DNA of 64,000 nucleotides from Octopus bimaculoides (Eukaryota), in assembly GCF_001194135.2 (NCBI RefSeq), contig NC_068983.1:80476849-80540848 (forward strand), given 5' to 3'. The notes under the pieces were generated by a model. The model saw only the letters and a list, made by a program, of their open reading frames with translations. It did no database searches and was not told the origin of the DNA. Of the stretch, positions 24,940-38,809 are shown one piece after another. Every line of letters starts with the position of its first letter. The first letter of the stretch is position 1. The translations under genes were made by a program, and so were the position numbers.

Positions 24940-25480
24940 TTTAATCAAGATAATATTTTCCCTCGTTATTGATAACATAATCTCTGCTATTTGGCAAATT
25001 TCTGATGCTGCAGGCATAAAATCCTTCAGGTTTAGAAGTAAAGAAACACTCAATATCATTTTAAGTCTCTTTACAATTAATAAACTGTTTTCCCCCTAAA
25101 TAATGTTGCAGTGATCTGAAAAGAGGAGAATAAGATGGATTCAAGGTCAGAAGAGTAAGGAGGATGAAGCAAAACTTCCTTATTGTGCCATAGCAATATC
25201 TCCGTCTGACTGACCAATGATGAGCACTTTTCTGCAAATTTTTGTGCAGTGCTTCCAATTGATGAGAGTACTTCTCCACATTAATTGTTTCATTTTGGTT
25301 TATAACTTCAATATAGATGACACCCTTCAAATCACCAAACACAGAACATTATTTTTTTGAGATGTAGTTCTGGTTTCTGGATGGATTCTTCTTTTACATA
25401 TGATGCTAACGTTAGTTGTTCCTTTTAGTTATAATTGTAGAGAACCAACTTTTCATCAATTGTGATAATTTTGCAAAAAG
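24940..25480 (-). mobile_element. Mariner transposase pseudogene (catalytic domain and C-terminus)
   Basis: KIITxDEKLVLYN, KPELHLKKIMFCVW, KGVIYIEVINQNETIN, SYSPLFRSLQHYLGGKQF and FFTSKPEGFY match mariner motifs (ITGDEKW, SPDLAPSDYHLF). Confidence 0.85.
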
Positions 25481-26392
25481 TGGAGACTTTCAGATGATGA
25501 ATATTTAAATATAAATAAATAGATATTTATATTAATAAATCTAACTTACACAGAGTACCTATTTTTCTGTCTTTCATAACATTGTTTACATAGCTGTATG
25601 CATATACAAAATACTGTACCTTTCAGTATTGGCTCTAAATTTTATAGATACTCTGTAGAGATAAACTTAAAAGTTTTATACAAAACTATATATACTACAA
25701 TGTATGTGGGAATATGAAGGAATATATATGTATGTGAGATTTTACCTATTAATTTTTATAAATATTTTAAAGAAGTATATACAAGCTAGAATAAAAGTTA
25801 ATCATAATTTCATATAGTGACAGATTCTGGAGTAAAATGGAGCCAGGTGTTTTCTTATAACAGGAAAAAGGTACTTTAGCTCCTTTCAAGTAAATAGTTG
25901 ACAAGTACAGCAATGGTCAGCATTTATCACTTTATCAAATTATTATCTCTAAACACTTAATTTCATTCTATATCATTTTACTTTTTCTTCCTAATAATCT
26001 GTGTTTGAAGATAGAATTGTATTTTATAGTTGACATGTGTTTGCTTCTTTGTTTCTGAATTTTGTATTTTGATTACATTTTTGTTTTAACTGTCACTATA
26101 TCTATGAGTTTAGTTTTTTCTACAGCTTGTTGAAAATAGCACACTGCTTTGGCTGTTCATTCTTGTTTAGAGTGAAAGGATCTAATGAAGGACTTATTCA
26201 AAATAATACATTTTGTATCTTTAATGGATGATAGTGATGATGCGATATGATAATTATATCTCACCAATGTACTACACCAGAAATAATGTGTAGAAACAAT
26301 TGTAGTGATTTGAAATAAAGAATGTCATTCAATTCATCTTCTTTTATTCATCTCTTTCTCTATTTATTTATTTCTCTCCCTCTCTCTCTCTT

Positions 26393-26453
<61 letters not shown>

Positions 26454-26459
26454 CATATA

Positions 26460-27420
26460 TAGGCTGACTCAAAGAATGCATATACAATTTAATAGCTGAT
26501 AACTCACCTAATTTTAATTTCATTTTATATGTAACTCACTAGAAATTACAAAGAGAGCCACACTAAGGTTTTAACAAAGAAAATTTGTCTTTAAGTGTTA
26601 CTGGAAGTTTGAAAATGCATTCGAAGTAGAAAGATAGTTTAGGAGGGAGTTTTATACAGATTCACTTAATGAACTTACCATCAATCGAATTGGAGATAAG
26701 ACTGAAGCAGGACATGTTAAGAATGGCCACAAGAAATGTTCAATGAATCCCACAAAGCAACAAATTTTATTAGAAACATACTGCCAGAGTTCAAGAAAAC
26801 CTGTATGGCAAGAGCTTCATGAGATAGGAATTTCAAAATCAAGTGCTTTCATTAGAAAAGGCACATTCCAGGAATAATTTTTGTTCTCAATGAAGATGAT
26901 CCAGACCAAAGAGAGAAGTTTTGCAAATGATACTTTGTAAAATATGTAGAAGATGTACACTTTCCATTGAAATTGTTTGGAGTGGTGTGGCTACATTTAA
27001 ATTAAATGTCTCAAATATCCACCACTATCCACCTACTAAGAAACTGAGAATCTACATATTATGGACGAACATCATGTTAATTTATCAGGATTTACTGCAT
27101 AATGCAGCTTGTCATCGAAAGGATTAAATGGACCATTCTATTCTGATGGTACTGTGACTGGTTCCATTTACTTGAACTAGCTGTCAATTTGTCATGTCTA
27201 GCGTTCAAGAGGAATTTGAAGAGGTAAAGTTGTATTTCCAACAAAACGGGGCACACCTACAGTATCATAGTAACATAAGGGCCTTGTTGAGATTTTGCCA
27301 AACAGGTGGATTGATAAAAAGTTTCCATAGAATAACTTCCACATTCACTGAATCTCATACCACTAGATGTTTTATTTATGATGATACTTAAAAGATAATG
27401 TTTAGAATACAAAACTGGCA
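26460..27420 (+). mobile_element. Tc1/Tc3-like (IS630-Tc1-mariner) transposase remnant
   Basis: LNEDDPD, WSGVATFKLN (compare FSDEATF), GTVTG..YL and YFQQNGAH (compare FQQDGAP). Confidence 0.65.
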
Positions 27421-27659
27421 ACAGAGCAGCCATTGAATGAGAATGCACAGAAATACTGAATGAAAGTTTTGTGATGTTTGTGATTCCATCATTTTGTTTT
27501 ATATGCAGTGCCTCAACCAGAATAGTTATCCATTTGAAAACAAGCATTCATAAAAAAAACAAAAAAAAAACAAAATTCTGCCTGTTGATCCTAGTATTTT
27601 AATAAACACTGATTTATAATCATTCATTGTGTGTATACATGCTTTTGAAACATCATATA

Positions 27660-27775
27660 TATATTACTCTCTCTCTCTCACTCTCTTCTCTCTTTCCCTC
27701 TCTCTCACTCTCTTCTCTCTTTCCCTCTCTCTCACTCTCTTCTCTCTTTCCCTCTCTCTCACTCTCACTCTCTTT
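27660..27775. repeat. About 27-bp CT-rich minisatellite (3 or more units)
   Basis: CTCTCTCTCACTCTCTTCTCTCTTTCC repeats. Confidence 0.85.
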
Positions 27776-27779
27776 CTCC

Positions 27780-28513
27780 CCCTCCCATACCCACCTTCCC
27801 CCTCTCTTACATCCACCTCCACCTTCCCCTTCCCCCTTCATCGTCAACCCCCCTCATAANNNNNNNNNNNNNNNNNNNNNNNNNNNNNNNNNNNNNNNNN
27901 NNNNNNNNNNNNNNNNNNNNNNNNNNNNNNNNNNNNNNNNNNNNNNNNNNNNNNNNNNNNNNNNNNNNNNNNNNNNNNNNNNNNNNNNNNNNNNNNNNNN
28001 NNNNNNNNNNNNNNNNNNNNNNNNNNNNNNNNNNNNNNNNNNNNNNNNNNNNNNNNNNNNNNNNNNNNNNNNNNNNNNNNNNNNNNNNNNNNNNNNNNNN
28101 NNNNNNNNNNNNNNNNNNNNNNNNNNNNNNNNNNNNNNNNNNNNNNNNNNNNNNNNNNNNNNNNNNNNNNNNNNNNNNNNNNNNNNNNNNNNNNNNNNNN
28201 NNNNNNNNNNNNNNNNNNNNNNNNNNNNNNNNNNCGATCACAGTTCTTTCTCCCCCTTTTGTTATCTCCCCCTTTTCTTAGCTCTCCTGTGTAAAATTTC
28301 TAACTTCCAGTCAGCCATAGCTATGATTGACCGTTGACCGAACACTATTCAATTTTTTTTCTGCGTGTTTTTCTCCTTGTCTACGTATTCTTTCTGTTGA
28401 AGAGCGTAGCTCGAAACGTTAAAGACTTTCCGTATTCCCGAGCGTCATACTAATACATCCTTTTGTTGTTTACACCACCTGTCCTCGTCTGTTGTTTTTT
28501 CGTACATTCTCCC

Positions 28514-28515
<2 letters not shown>
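27780..28515 (+). mobile_element. Penelope-like 3' UTR / terminal region (spans an N-gap)
   Basis: C-rich UTR-like tract, HHR at 28389, terminal block shared with 16125-16315, ends in (TA)n. Confidence 0.5.
28389..28425 (+). ncRNA. Minimal type I hammerhead motif, core variant A6U with an extra A after A9
   Basis: UCUUU - CUGUUGA - A - GAGC gua GCUC - GAAA - CGU - U / AAAGA; stem III is the palindrome ACGU. Confidence 0.6.
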
Positions 28516-28544
<29 letters not shown>

Positions 28545-28720
28545 TATATATTTTGTCTGTAAAAAACAAAAATCCAAAAGAAGAAGCACACTCTGGGCCA
28601 ACAGGTTTTGGGATCTGACGATATGCCATAAAGCTAAACCCTTTATGGATGTAAAACTTAACATAATCCCATAAACCAGCCTTCCCCATTTTTAATATGT
28701 ATAAACACACCCATACACAC

Positions 28721-29115
28721 ATACAGGGTGTGGTGAGTATATTGTTATCTAAATTACACAAAAATGAAAATAACACTGACATCTCAAATTTAACAGATAC
28801 ATTTTACCAGAATTACATAAAAGTATCTTGAAATATTAGGTCGTCAAATATGAAATTTGTAGAAAAGAAAAAAGTTTTATAAATACAAGGAATAGTTTTA
28901 TTTATAAATACAAAGAATAGTTTTATTCATGAAAGTATGCTCCCATATTGTCAATACACTTTTGTCATTTCAGCGGTAGCTTGTCCAGCCTGGAATTGTA
29001 AAAGCCTGGCAATCTAGAGCCAATAAAATTTTGGAAGGCCTGTTTTACAGCATCGTTGGAATTAAATTTTTTTCCTATCAAAAAGTTATCCAAATTCTGG
29101 GAGAAGTGGTTGTCA
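28721..29115 (-). mobile_element. Mariner 3' end (C-terminal coding remnant plus TA-CAGGGTG TIR), truncated where the RTE begins
   Basis: LDNFLIGKKFNSNDAVKQAFQNFIGSR...KLP...QKCIDNMGAYF*; TACAGGGTGT at 28721. Confidence 0.8.
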
Positions 29116-32100
29116 GTAGAGGCAAGATCGGGTAGGTATGGTGGCTGATGGAGAACTTCCTACTCCAACCCCAACTCCAACTCCTGTAGTTTTGCCAATG
29201 TCATTTTTGTGATGTTTTGCAATAAGATAGGAGTGGATCTGTCCTATTTTAATGTGAATATTGGACAGCAATCTGGTATCTTCCATGGTGTACATGGGGG
29301 CCATGGAGTTGGTACCAGAAATGAAGAGGGAACTAGGCTTCTGGCGTTTTGCAATGCAAATAACCTATTGATCTGCAACACCAACTTCAGGAAGCCAGCT
29401 CGAAGCCAGAAGGATGCCAAAAACCAGACCAAACTGGAAATGAAGGACTTGGAAACTTAAGAACCCTTCACATGGTCAGAGATTTAGGGATATCCTTACC
29501 GAGAAATTTGATGATAGGATGGAGGAGCTTCAGTCCTGTGATATAGAAGGAAGCTGGGAATTCCTGCGAGACAGCTTGCTGAGTGCCACAGACCAAATCT
29601 GTGGCTGGTGCAAAGTCCCTTCCAGACCTAGGGTAACATGGTGGTGGAACAATACTGTAGACAGGGCCATTAGAGCAAAGAAATAGGCCTGGAATGCCTG
29701 GAAGAGTGGGAGTAACAGGAGAATGTATCAGATAGCCAAAAGTATTTTGGATTGCAAGACAGTGTGTGAGAGAAAACCGTGATGTCATAGAAGAGAAATG
29801 TGTCCACATGGATGATAATGCCCTTGCGTTTAATGATTCTGCAAAGAAAAAGGCTTGGAGAATCCATTATGAAAGACTGCTGAATGTAGAGAATGAATGG
29901 GAGGAGGAGAATCTGCCAAAGGTTGACCCAATTGAGGGACCAGCTATCTGAATCAACAGTACCCAGATAGATAAAGCAGTTAAGGATGCGAAGACAGGGA
30001 AAGCACCTGGCCCATCAAGAATCACTGCTGGGATGCTTAAAATATTGAACGGTGTGGGTTATGGTCTTGTCACTCACATTGTAAATCAGGTAGTTCATGA
30101 TGGAGTCATACCCAATAACTGGTGTAGCAGCACCATAGTCAACTGCTACAACGAGAAAGGTGATGCTTTACATAGAAATAACTACAAGGGTATCAAATTA
30201 TTGGATCAGGTGATAAAAGTTACTGAGAAGGTCATAGCCCAACTAATTATGGAGAGAGTTAGCCTAGATGAGATGCAGTTTGGTTTTGTGCCAGGCCAGA
30301 AGCACTACTGATGCTATATTTCTGGTAAGGGAACTGCAGGAGAAATACCTAGCCAAAGATAAAGCTTTGTACTTGGCTTTTGTTGACTTGAAGAAAGGCT
30401 TTGACAGGGTCCCCCAATCCCTTATCTGGTAGTCAATGTGGAAACTGGGGATAGACGAGTAAGATAGATGGTAAGAGCTGCACAAGCTCTGTACAAGGAC
30501 ACTCTCAGTAAGGAGTGGGTTAACAATGAGTGTAGTGAAGAATTCTGAGTAGAAGTAAGGGTTCACCAACAATCAGTCCTCATATCCCTCTTATTCATTA
30601 TAATCCATCAGGCAATAACTGAGGAATTCAAGACAGGCTACTCCTGGGAGCTCCTCCACGCTGATGACCTTGCTCTAATAGCTGAGTCACTGCCAGAACT
30701 AGAGACGAAGTTTAGGGTGTGGAAAGAAGGTCTAGAATTGAAGGGCCTTAGGGTTAACCAAGCCAAAACCAAAGTGTTAGTAAGTAGGAAGGCTGTCAAA
30801 TCGCAACCCCCTTCAGGTAGATGGCTCTGCTCAAACTGTAGAAAAGGCGTGGGTAGAAATTCCATACAATGTACCTGGTGTAATCTATGGACACATAAAA
30901 GGTGAAGCAATATCAAAGGAAGGTTAACCAGGAAAATAGTTTTGGGGTATGGCAGTTGCACTGGTGCAATAAACACAGAAGATGTACAGAAAACAGTTTC
31001 CATCACATGCCAGGGGAGGAAACTAAAAGTAGTTAATAGCCCTGCTACCTAGGCAACCAAGTCTGTAGTGGGGGATGGTTGCTCTGAGAGTGTAGCGACT
31101 AGAGTAAGAATAGCCTGGGCAAAGTTCAGGGAGCTCCTACCTCTGCTGGCAACCAAGGGCCTCTTACTCAGGATGAAAGGTAGACTGCATGATGCATGTG
31201 TGCGAACTGCCATGCTACACAGCAGTGAAACATGGGCCATGAATCCTGAGGACATGTGTAGGCTTGAAAGAAATGAAGCTAGTATGATCCGCTGGATGTG
31301 TAATGTCAGTGTGCATACATGACAGAGTGTAAGTGCTCTGAGAGAAAAGTTAGGCATAAGAAGCATCAAATGCAGTGTGCAAGAGAGGCGTCTGCATTGG
31401 TATGGTCATATGTTACATATGAATGAAGACAGCTTTGTGAGGAAGTGCCACTCCCTAACTGTAGAAGGAACCTGTGGAGGAGGTAGACCCAGGAAGACAT
31501 GGGATGAGGTGGTGAAGCATGACCTTCGAACATTGGGCCTCACAGAGGCAATGACAGGAGACCAGGACTTTTGGAGATATGCTATGATTGAGAAGACCCG
31601 GCAATTAAAGTGAAATCGCAGCCATGCACATCCAGCCCTGTTAAAAATACTCCTGATGCATCAGGTGATATGATATGCTTGAGAAGACCTGTTGAGTCAA
31701 GTATAACCAATATCGTAGCTGGGTCTGGTGCCCACTCACTGGCTCCCGTGCTGATGGCATGTAAAAAGCACCATCCAAATGTGGTCAATGCCAGGTCTGC
31801 CTGACTGGCTCCTGTGCCGGTGGCATGTAAAAAGCACCAACCAATCTTGACTAATGTCAGTACCCTCTGACTCGCTCCTGTACCAGTGGCATGTAAAAAG
31901 CACAATCCAAACGTATTTGTTGCTAGGCCTGCCTTACTGGCTCTGGTGCTGGTGACGCGTAAAAAGCACCAACCGATGCCAGTACCCACTACTGGCTCCT
32001 GTGCCGGTGGCATGTAAAAAGCACCATCTGAACGTGATCATTGCCAGGCCTGCCTTACTGGCCCCTGTGCCAGTGGCACATAAAAAGTACCTACTATACT

Positions 32101-32245
32101 CTCAGAGTGGTTGGTGTTAGGAAGGGCATCCAGCTATAGAAACTCTGCCAGATCAGATTGGAGCCTGGTGCAGACACTGGCTCTCCAGATCTCAGTCAAA
32201 CCGTCCAATCCATGCCAGCATGAAAAACAGATGTTAATTGATGAT
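29115..32245 (+). mobile_element. RTE-clade LINE (5'-truncated; AP endonuclease end, RT, 3' UTR), frameshifted
   Basis: GVHGGHGVGTRNEEGTRLL, KAPGP, NYKGIKLL, QFGFVPG, LLHADDLAL and RRLHWYGHM...GRPRKTW; (GAT)n tail. Confidence 0.9.
31730..32100 (+). repeat. About 65-bp tandem repeat (6 units) in the RTE 3' UTR
   Basis: Each unit contains ACTGGCTCCTGTGCCGGTGGCATGTAAAAAGCACC or a variant. Confidence 0.85.
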
Positions 32246-32282
32246 GGTGAAGATGATATATACACACATACATACATACATA

Positions 32283-32314
<32 letters not shown>

Positions 32315-34519
32315 GCACATACATGCATGCATACAAACACACACAACATAAATACATTTTAATACATTTTCATATACATGCACTCACGTATGTGTGTGTA
32401 TAAAATCTTTTCAAAACATTTATATGCAGTTTCAGTGAAATCATAATATGTCATGTCTGTATATATGAAAGCAAATACACAAGATTGATGCCCGTTGCTT
32501 TCTCCAATTAGGCATAAAGCCTAGAATTTTTAACAAGCTGTTAAATGAAAACAATGTTGTACAGGAATTTCTCAAGAATATTATTAGCTTTGAAGGTTAA
32601 CTGAATGTAATTTCAACCTTGAATCATAACTGGATCTTAGACTGGGCATGCATTTATGCATACCAGTATATAATAGTTACCACACAGCTTCTTTATGTGT
32701 TCATGTGTATGATGATGCACCTGCATGCTTATGTGTGTGTAAAGAAGGAGAATTTGTTTGTGTGTTTCATGTGTATCTAGTATGGCATTGTACAATCCAA
32801 GAAGAAATTATATAAAATAAGAAAAATTGTAAAAAAAAAAAAAAGAAAATGAATTAAAATGCACAGAAACTTTCATTGCTTCACTGCCTTTTTGGACAAA
32901 TATAACAATAATTAATGCTTAAAACCTAGCTTTTGGAATTTGGGAGGAATTAATATATTTTTTTCTTTTTTCTTTTTTATTGCTCAACAATTGATACTCT
33001 TGCATTAAGAGTATAACAGGTTCATTGAGTTTGTACTTTGTTTTAATTTTATAATTGTTTCATTCCTCCCAAAACAAAATACTGCTATTTATAATATGAC
33101 ACCTAAACTTTTGACACCTAAATTTTTCAAATTTTTCCCATTTTCTGCCTTTCTCTTCTCCTACATCCATGGTATTATCTTATATTCCTTTCAGTGCTTT
33201 CTTTTTTTTAGTATTTTTTTTATATAAATTATCATGCCCGAGTTCTTATGTTGGATAGGAATTAATGTATAAAATAAGAAAGAAAGAAAGTAAGAGTGAA
33301 AGAGAGCAAAGGAAGAAAGAAAGAGACAAAGAACGAGTAAGAGAAAAAAAAAAAAAATTAGAAAAAGAAGTCAAAAACTCCATTTAATGCTGGCTGCCTG
33401 CAGCTTCTATAGTTATATGTAATGAGGCTTCACTTCTGTTGTAGAAGTGTAGAATTAGATAGAGACACTTGTCTCTTTCCATTTTTGAGGGGTTATAATC
33501 AGCAAAGGCCAGCTGATGGCAAAGTACAGTGTGACAAGCAACATTTAATTTACAACAAAAGTGGTTACTCTTAAGGGTTAAGAATATAAATTGTATATAT
33601 GGAGAAATATCCACAACTAATTGCTGCAGTATATTTTTTAGTTTCCATAATTTTTTTTTTACACTTATTTCAATGTATATGAATTCTGTGTTGATGTCTC
33701 TTTATTTGTATGAGTCTATACGTAAATTTTCACAGCTATCAATTTATATTTTATATGAAGTTGTATATGTGTATATAATTATATGTATTTGTATGTATAT
33801 ATATATGTGTGTGTATGAATATATATATATATATATACACATACACATACATACATATATATGTGTGTATACACATGCATTTGTGCTTGTGTTGTGTGTA
33901 TATATGTATCTATGTAATCTGTATATGTTTGAGTGCATATATACGTATCACCTATGTATGTATGTGTATATATGCAATTTTAAATGTATATGCACAGAAA
34001 AATATTGTCTGTTCAAGTTCTGTAAGCATGTATATAAATAAAACTTCTGTAAAATAATAATAATGATGACAATGATGATGAAGATGGCAACAACAACAAC
34101 AACAACAATAGCAAAAACTAGAACAACAACAATAGTTTCTTTTGACTTAGTACACAGTTCAATATTTTTGAGGAGGGATAAATTGGATGTGTAATATTCA
34201 TGCCATTTCTGTGAACACTAGTTGTATAGAGGAAGTGAAATAGCTTGCCATACATGAGATGGTTTCTCTGAAATTACAATAGATTCTCAACAACCAGATG
34301 TGATATATTTAATTTTAAAAATACCAAAGTAAAATCACAAACTTTAAAGTAAGCAAAAAAGAAAGAAATGTTGAAAAGGTTTGGGATAGTGAACTGGAAA
34401 ATCATCAGGACTGGTAAAGTGAAGTTTATAGCTAGTGTCTTGAGTGCATAAAATACATACAGTGATCTCTCATAGAGTAACAAGAAATGAAAACTAACTA
34501 AATTACATATCTTGTATCT

Positions 34520-34865
34520 TCTATCATTTATTTGTTACAGTCATTAGATGGAGGCCATGCTGGGGCACAACCTTGAAGGACCTAATCAAAGAGATCAACC
34601 CCAGTAATTTTCTTTAAAGTCTGGTACTTATTTTATCAGTTGCTTTTTGATGAACTACATCATTATGGGCATGTAAACAAACCAACACCAGTTGTCAAGC
34701 AATGGTGGGAGCAAACACACGTGCACACACACACACACATGCACACATACACACAAATACATGCATGCACAGCAGGTTTCCTTCAGATTCTGTCTATCAT
34801 GCAGTTGGACTGAACTTAGAACCATGTGGTTGGAAAGCAAACTTCTTACTAAACAGCTATGCCTG
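34520..34865 (-). mobile_element. SINE family A (internally deleted)
   Basis: Homology to 6985-7377. Confidence 0.7.
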
Positions 34866-35059
34866 AGCAAAAGTTTACTGGAATACAGACAAGTTTTACC
34901 CTGATGATGTAATTCATACTGGGAGTGAATCTAAGAAATGTATGATAGCCAAGAGACAACTACAGTAAAATTGAGAGAACTATTGCCATGTTGGGAAAGG
35001 ATTTTCTTATGTTTTTCATTTTCTTTGTTTTGTTTTGGTGAATGTGAAGTGAAATGCTG

Positions 35060-35275
35060 GTTTCAAATTTTGGCACAAGGACAGCAATTTCAGGGTTGGG
35101 AGTGAGTTGATTAAATGAACCCCAGTGCTCAACTGGTACTTATTTTATCGATCCTGAAAAGATGAAAAATGAAGTTGACCTTGGCAGAATTTGAACTCAG
35201 AATGTAAAGATAGACGAAATGCCACTAAGCATTTTTGCCAAGCATCTTAATGATTCTGCCTGCTCACCACCTAAT
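35060..35275 (-). mobile_element. SINE family C
   Basis: Homology to 6285-6482. Confidence 0.75.
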
Positions 35276-35304
35276 GCAAAGTGAAATATTAACATCAAAT
35301 ATCT

Positions 35305-35640
35305 GCTGTCTGTGGCTGTGTGGTAAGAAATTGATTTCCCGAATCTCATGATTACAGGTTCAGTCCCACTTGGGTAACTTCTTCTACTATAGCTTCAGGT
35401 TGGCCAAAGTATTGTCAGTGGATTTGGTTGATTGAAACTGAAAGAAGCCTGTCTCATATGTATTCATGTGTGTATTTGTATTTGTGTTAGTCTCCCAAAC
35501 CAGTTTTGGTTTGTTTACAGTTTTGGTTTGTTTATTATCCTGTAGCTTAGTATTTGGGCAAAAGAGATCAATAGACTAAGCCCTAAGTTAAAAAAAATAA
35601 ATACTGGGGTTGTTTGACTAAATCTTTGAAGGTGGTGCCC
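35305..35640 (+). mobile_element. SINE family A
   Basis: Head GGCTGTGTGGTAAGAAAT through GGTGCCCTAGCATGGC. Confidence 0.7.
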
Positions 35641-36449
35641 TAGCATGGCAGCAATGGATATGTATCTTGTACGGATATTGCTTATTTACAAGGGATGTTA
35701 TGTTGGGATAATTTACTTCAAGTGATAGATTGAACATCTAAAGTATTGGTTATGTGCTGGACAGAAAGTAACATTGTGAACAGATGGTAAGACAAATAGA
35801 TGATAAATATTGGCTTTCAGTTGATAATACACCTATCTACTACAAAAGTAGACAAAAATAAATGACTTGGAAGGTAGTGGTAAAGCCATATTTGAAATCA
35901 TTAGATTTTTCAGCTATGATGATACATGAATGAGATATATGAAGAAATGTGGTGTTACAAGCCTTTTAAATTAATGTTGACATTAAAAACAAAGCAAACA
36001 TTAAAATGATGATGATGGTAATGATAATAAAAGTATTTAGTGTAAAAATCATACACTTCAATGTGCTTTTACACAAAACAGCTGCATGTAGTACTTAAAA
36101 AATGATTGAAAATTTCATTTAATTTTCAGTTAATGATATAGACTAATTCAATCATCTCACCACATCTGTTCTGAGAATTGTCATGAAGAAATGTGAATTT
36201 AGTTATTTAGTAAATGTAAATTAGTTTGAAAGATTTAATTTCACATTTTAGAAAACGAGTAAATTTACAATCATTTGATTTATTGTAGCACAATTTGGAT
36301 CTTTACTAATCAGGAATTTAATTAATTAATATGTAACATGACATCTAAATGATTTTCAAATTGGAAGATAAAACTATTTTAATCTTTTAGTTATAATTAT
36401 TATGAGTAATGCTGTGAATAAATCTGAAGTAAGCATAGTGTCTTTTATC

Positions 36450-36843
36450 TTAATCTTTTACTTGTTTCAGTTGTTGGACTGTGGTCATGCTGGGGCACCA
36501 CCTTCAAGGATTTTAGTCAAATGAATCAACCTCAGTACTTAATATTTTAAAACCTGGTGCTTATTGTATCAGTCTCTTGTGCTGAGCCACCAAGTTATGG
36601 AGACATAAACAAACCAACACTGGTTGTCAAGCAGTGGTGGGGTACAAATACAAACATGAAACACACACACACACACACATTTATATATGATGGGCTTCTT
36701 TCAGTTTCTGTCCACCAGATTCACTCACAAGGCTTTGGTTCACTTGAAGCTGTAGTAGAAGACACTTGCCCAAGGTGTCATGCAGTGGGACTGAACCCAG
36801 AACCTTGTGATTGTGAAGCAAACTTCTTACTACACAGCCATGT
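36450..36843 (-). mobile_element. SINE family A, full length
   Basis: Homology to 6985-7377. Confidence 0.8.
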
Positions 36844-37319
36844 TTGTTTGATAAAAAAAATGTTTTCTTCTGTTATTGTTGAGATTTTATATAAATCATA
36901 AATATTTTTATGTAAACAATTAAGAGAGATTCTGAGAAAACTGGTAGCAGGCTGTCAGTAAAAATTATAGAAGGAACTTCATAAGTTGAGATAAAGTGAA
37001 AAAATCTTTTTCCCCTTTAAATGTTAGGTTGATTTTTTTTTATGCTGATACCTATTTGTATTCAAACTTATGAACTATCACAGCATTTGGCATGTTTATA
37101 GTACATTTGATCTGCTAAAAGGAAGTTGCAAATATGATTATTATGATAAAAGCTATTCACTGGTTAAAGCATGTTATAATATCTATTGGTTAAAACTATA
37201 TGTAAGTTAATAGAGTAATTAATGTATTCTGCTGACTAAATTCTAATTACTTGAGATACATATAAAACATTCAGTAGAATTTACTTTTTATATATGAACT
37301 GAGTTTTGTCTAAATGCAT

Positions 37320-37931
37320 AATAATAATAATAATGGTTTCAAATTTTGGCACAGAGCCAACAGTTTTTGAAGGGAGTGGGGAGTCATTTACATCAACTCC
37401 AGTATTTGACTGGTACATATTTTGTCGATGCTGAAAGGATAAAAGGCAAAGTCAACCTTGGTAGAATTTGAACTCAGAACATAAAGCCAGATGAAATGCC
37501 ATTAAGTATTTTATCCAGTGTACTAACAATTTTGCCAGCTCTCTGCCTTAATAATAATAGTAATAATGATAATAGTCCTTTCTACTATGGGCACAAGGTC
37601 TGAAATCTTGGGGGGAAGAGTTAGTTGAATCGACCTTGAAAAGATGAGTGGCAAAGTCAATGTAAGCAGAATTTGAACTCAGAATGTGAAGATGGATGAA
37701 ATACTATTAAGCATTTCACCTAGCATGCTAATGAATAATGATAATAATAACGGTTCCATATTTTTGGCACAGAGCCAGTAGTTTTTGAATGGGGGGATAG
37801 TTGATTACATCAACCCCCAGTACTTGACTGGCAAGTATTTTATCAACCCTGAGAGGCTGAAAGACCAAGTTGGTCTCAGCAAAATTTGAACTTAGAATGT
37901 AAAGATGGGTGAAATACCACTAAACATAATT

Positions 37932-37972
<41 letters not shown>

Positions 37973-37976
37973 TACA

Positions 37977-38050
<74 letters not shown>

Positions 38051-38072
38051 TAATAATAATGATAATAATAAT
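37320..38072 (-). mobile_element. Head-to-tail array of 3 family C SINEs separated by (AAT)n/(ATC)n
   Basis: Copies at about 37335-37549, 37573-37733 and 37751-37926. Confidence 0.8.
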
Positions 38073-38809
38073 CATAGACAAAGGACATTTTCAAAGAGTA
38101 AATTCAACTGAATTTTATTGTTTCAGTTTCTCAGTCTTCCAGAATTTATCTTCTACTTACAAGACTAGAAGAATGTTCTTAAAGTGATTATAAAACAATG
38201 AAAGTAAAGAACAGGTTATTAAAGTTTGTTATAACTATGAAAATTCATTTTATAGTTACATACACTATGTTACAGTAATAAAACCAATAAGATTATAGAT
38301 TTATTGATAGATATTGGGTATTTTATATCTATCTAAATGATGTTTAACAAAATAAAATAAATAAAAAAAATATATAAGGAAAAGATTTTCAAAAGTACAA
38401 TGTATTAAATTATCACTCTACTGTAAATCAACTCTATCTTTCTTCCTGGTTCATTTAACAAATAAAACCATTCCTCTTCTTAAAGCTTAGTTAATAAGAA
38501 TTATAAAACAAAATGTATGACTATCAAAATATATATACAAGACAGTTTACCTATATGGAAGGCAAGGATCTCTAACATTAAGGACAAGCAAATTCAATCA
38601 TGCCTGTACTTCAAAATATATGAGGGATATTTTAAGACCTTCTGCATTCCGTATGTGCATGTGGAAAGAACACAACAAAAGCAAATGTTCTCCTGCAACT
38701 GTAGTAGCAGCAGAAAACTTAAAGCTTCGTCTTTATAGTCAATAAACTTTAATAAAAATATCAGCAAATCTTATCAGGTGGTTTCATAAACTTCTTGAAC
38801 AGCAAAAAT

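Noticed and set aside
31730-32100. CRISPR-like appearance of repeated GTGGCATGTAAAAAGCACC with variable spacers
   Set aside because: The spacers are homologous to each other, the array sits in a eukaryotic LINE 3' UTR, and there are no cas genes.
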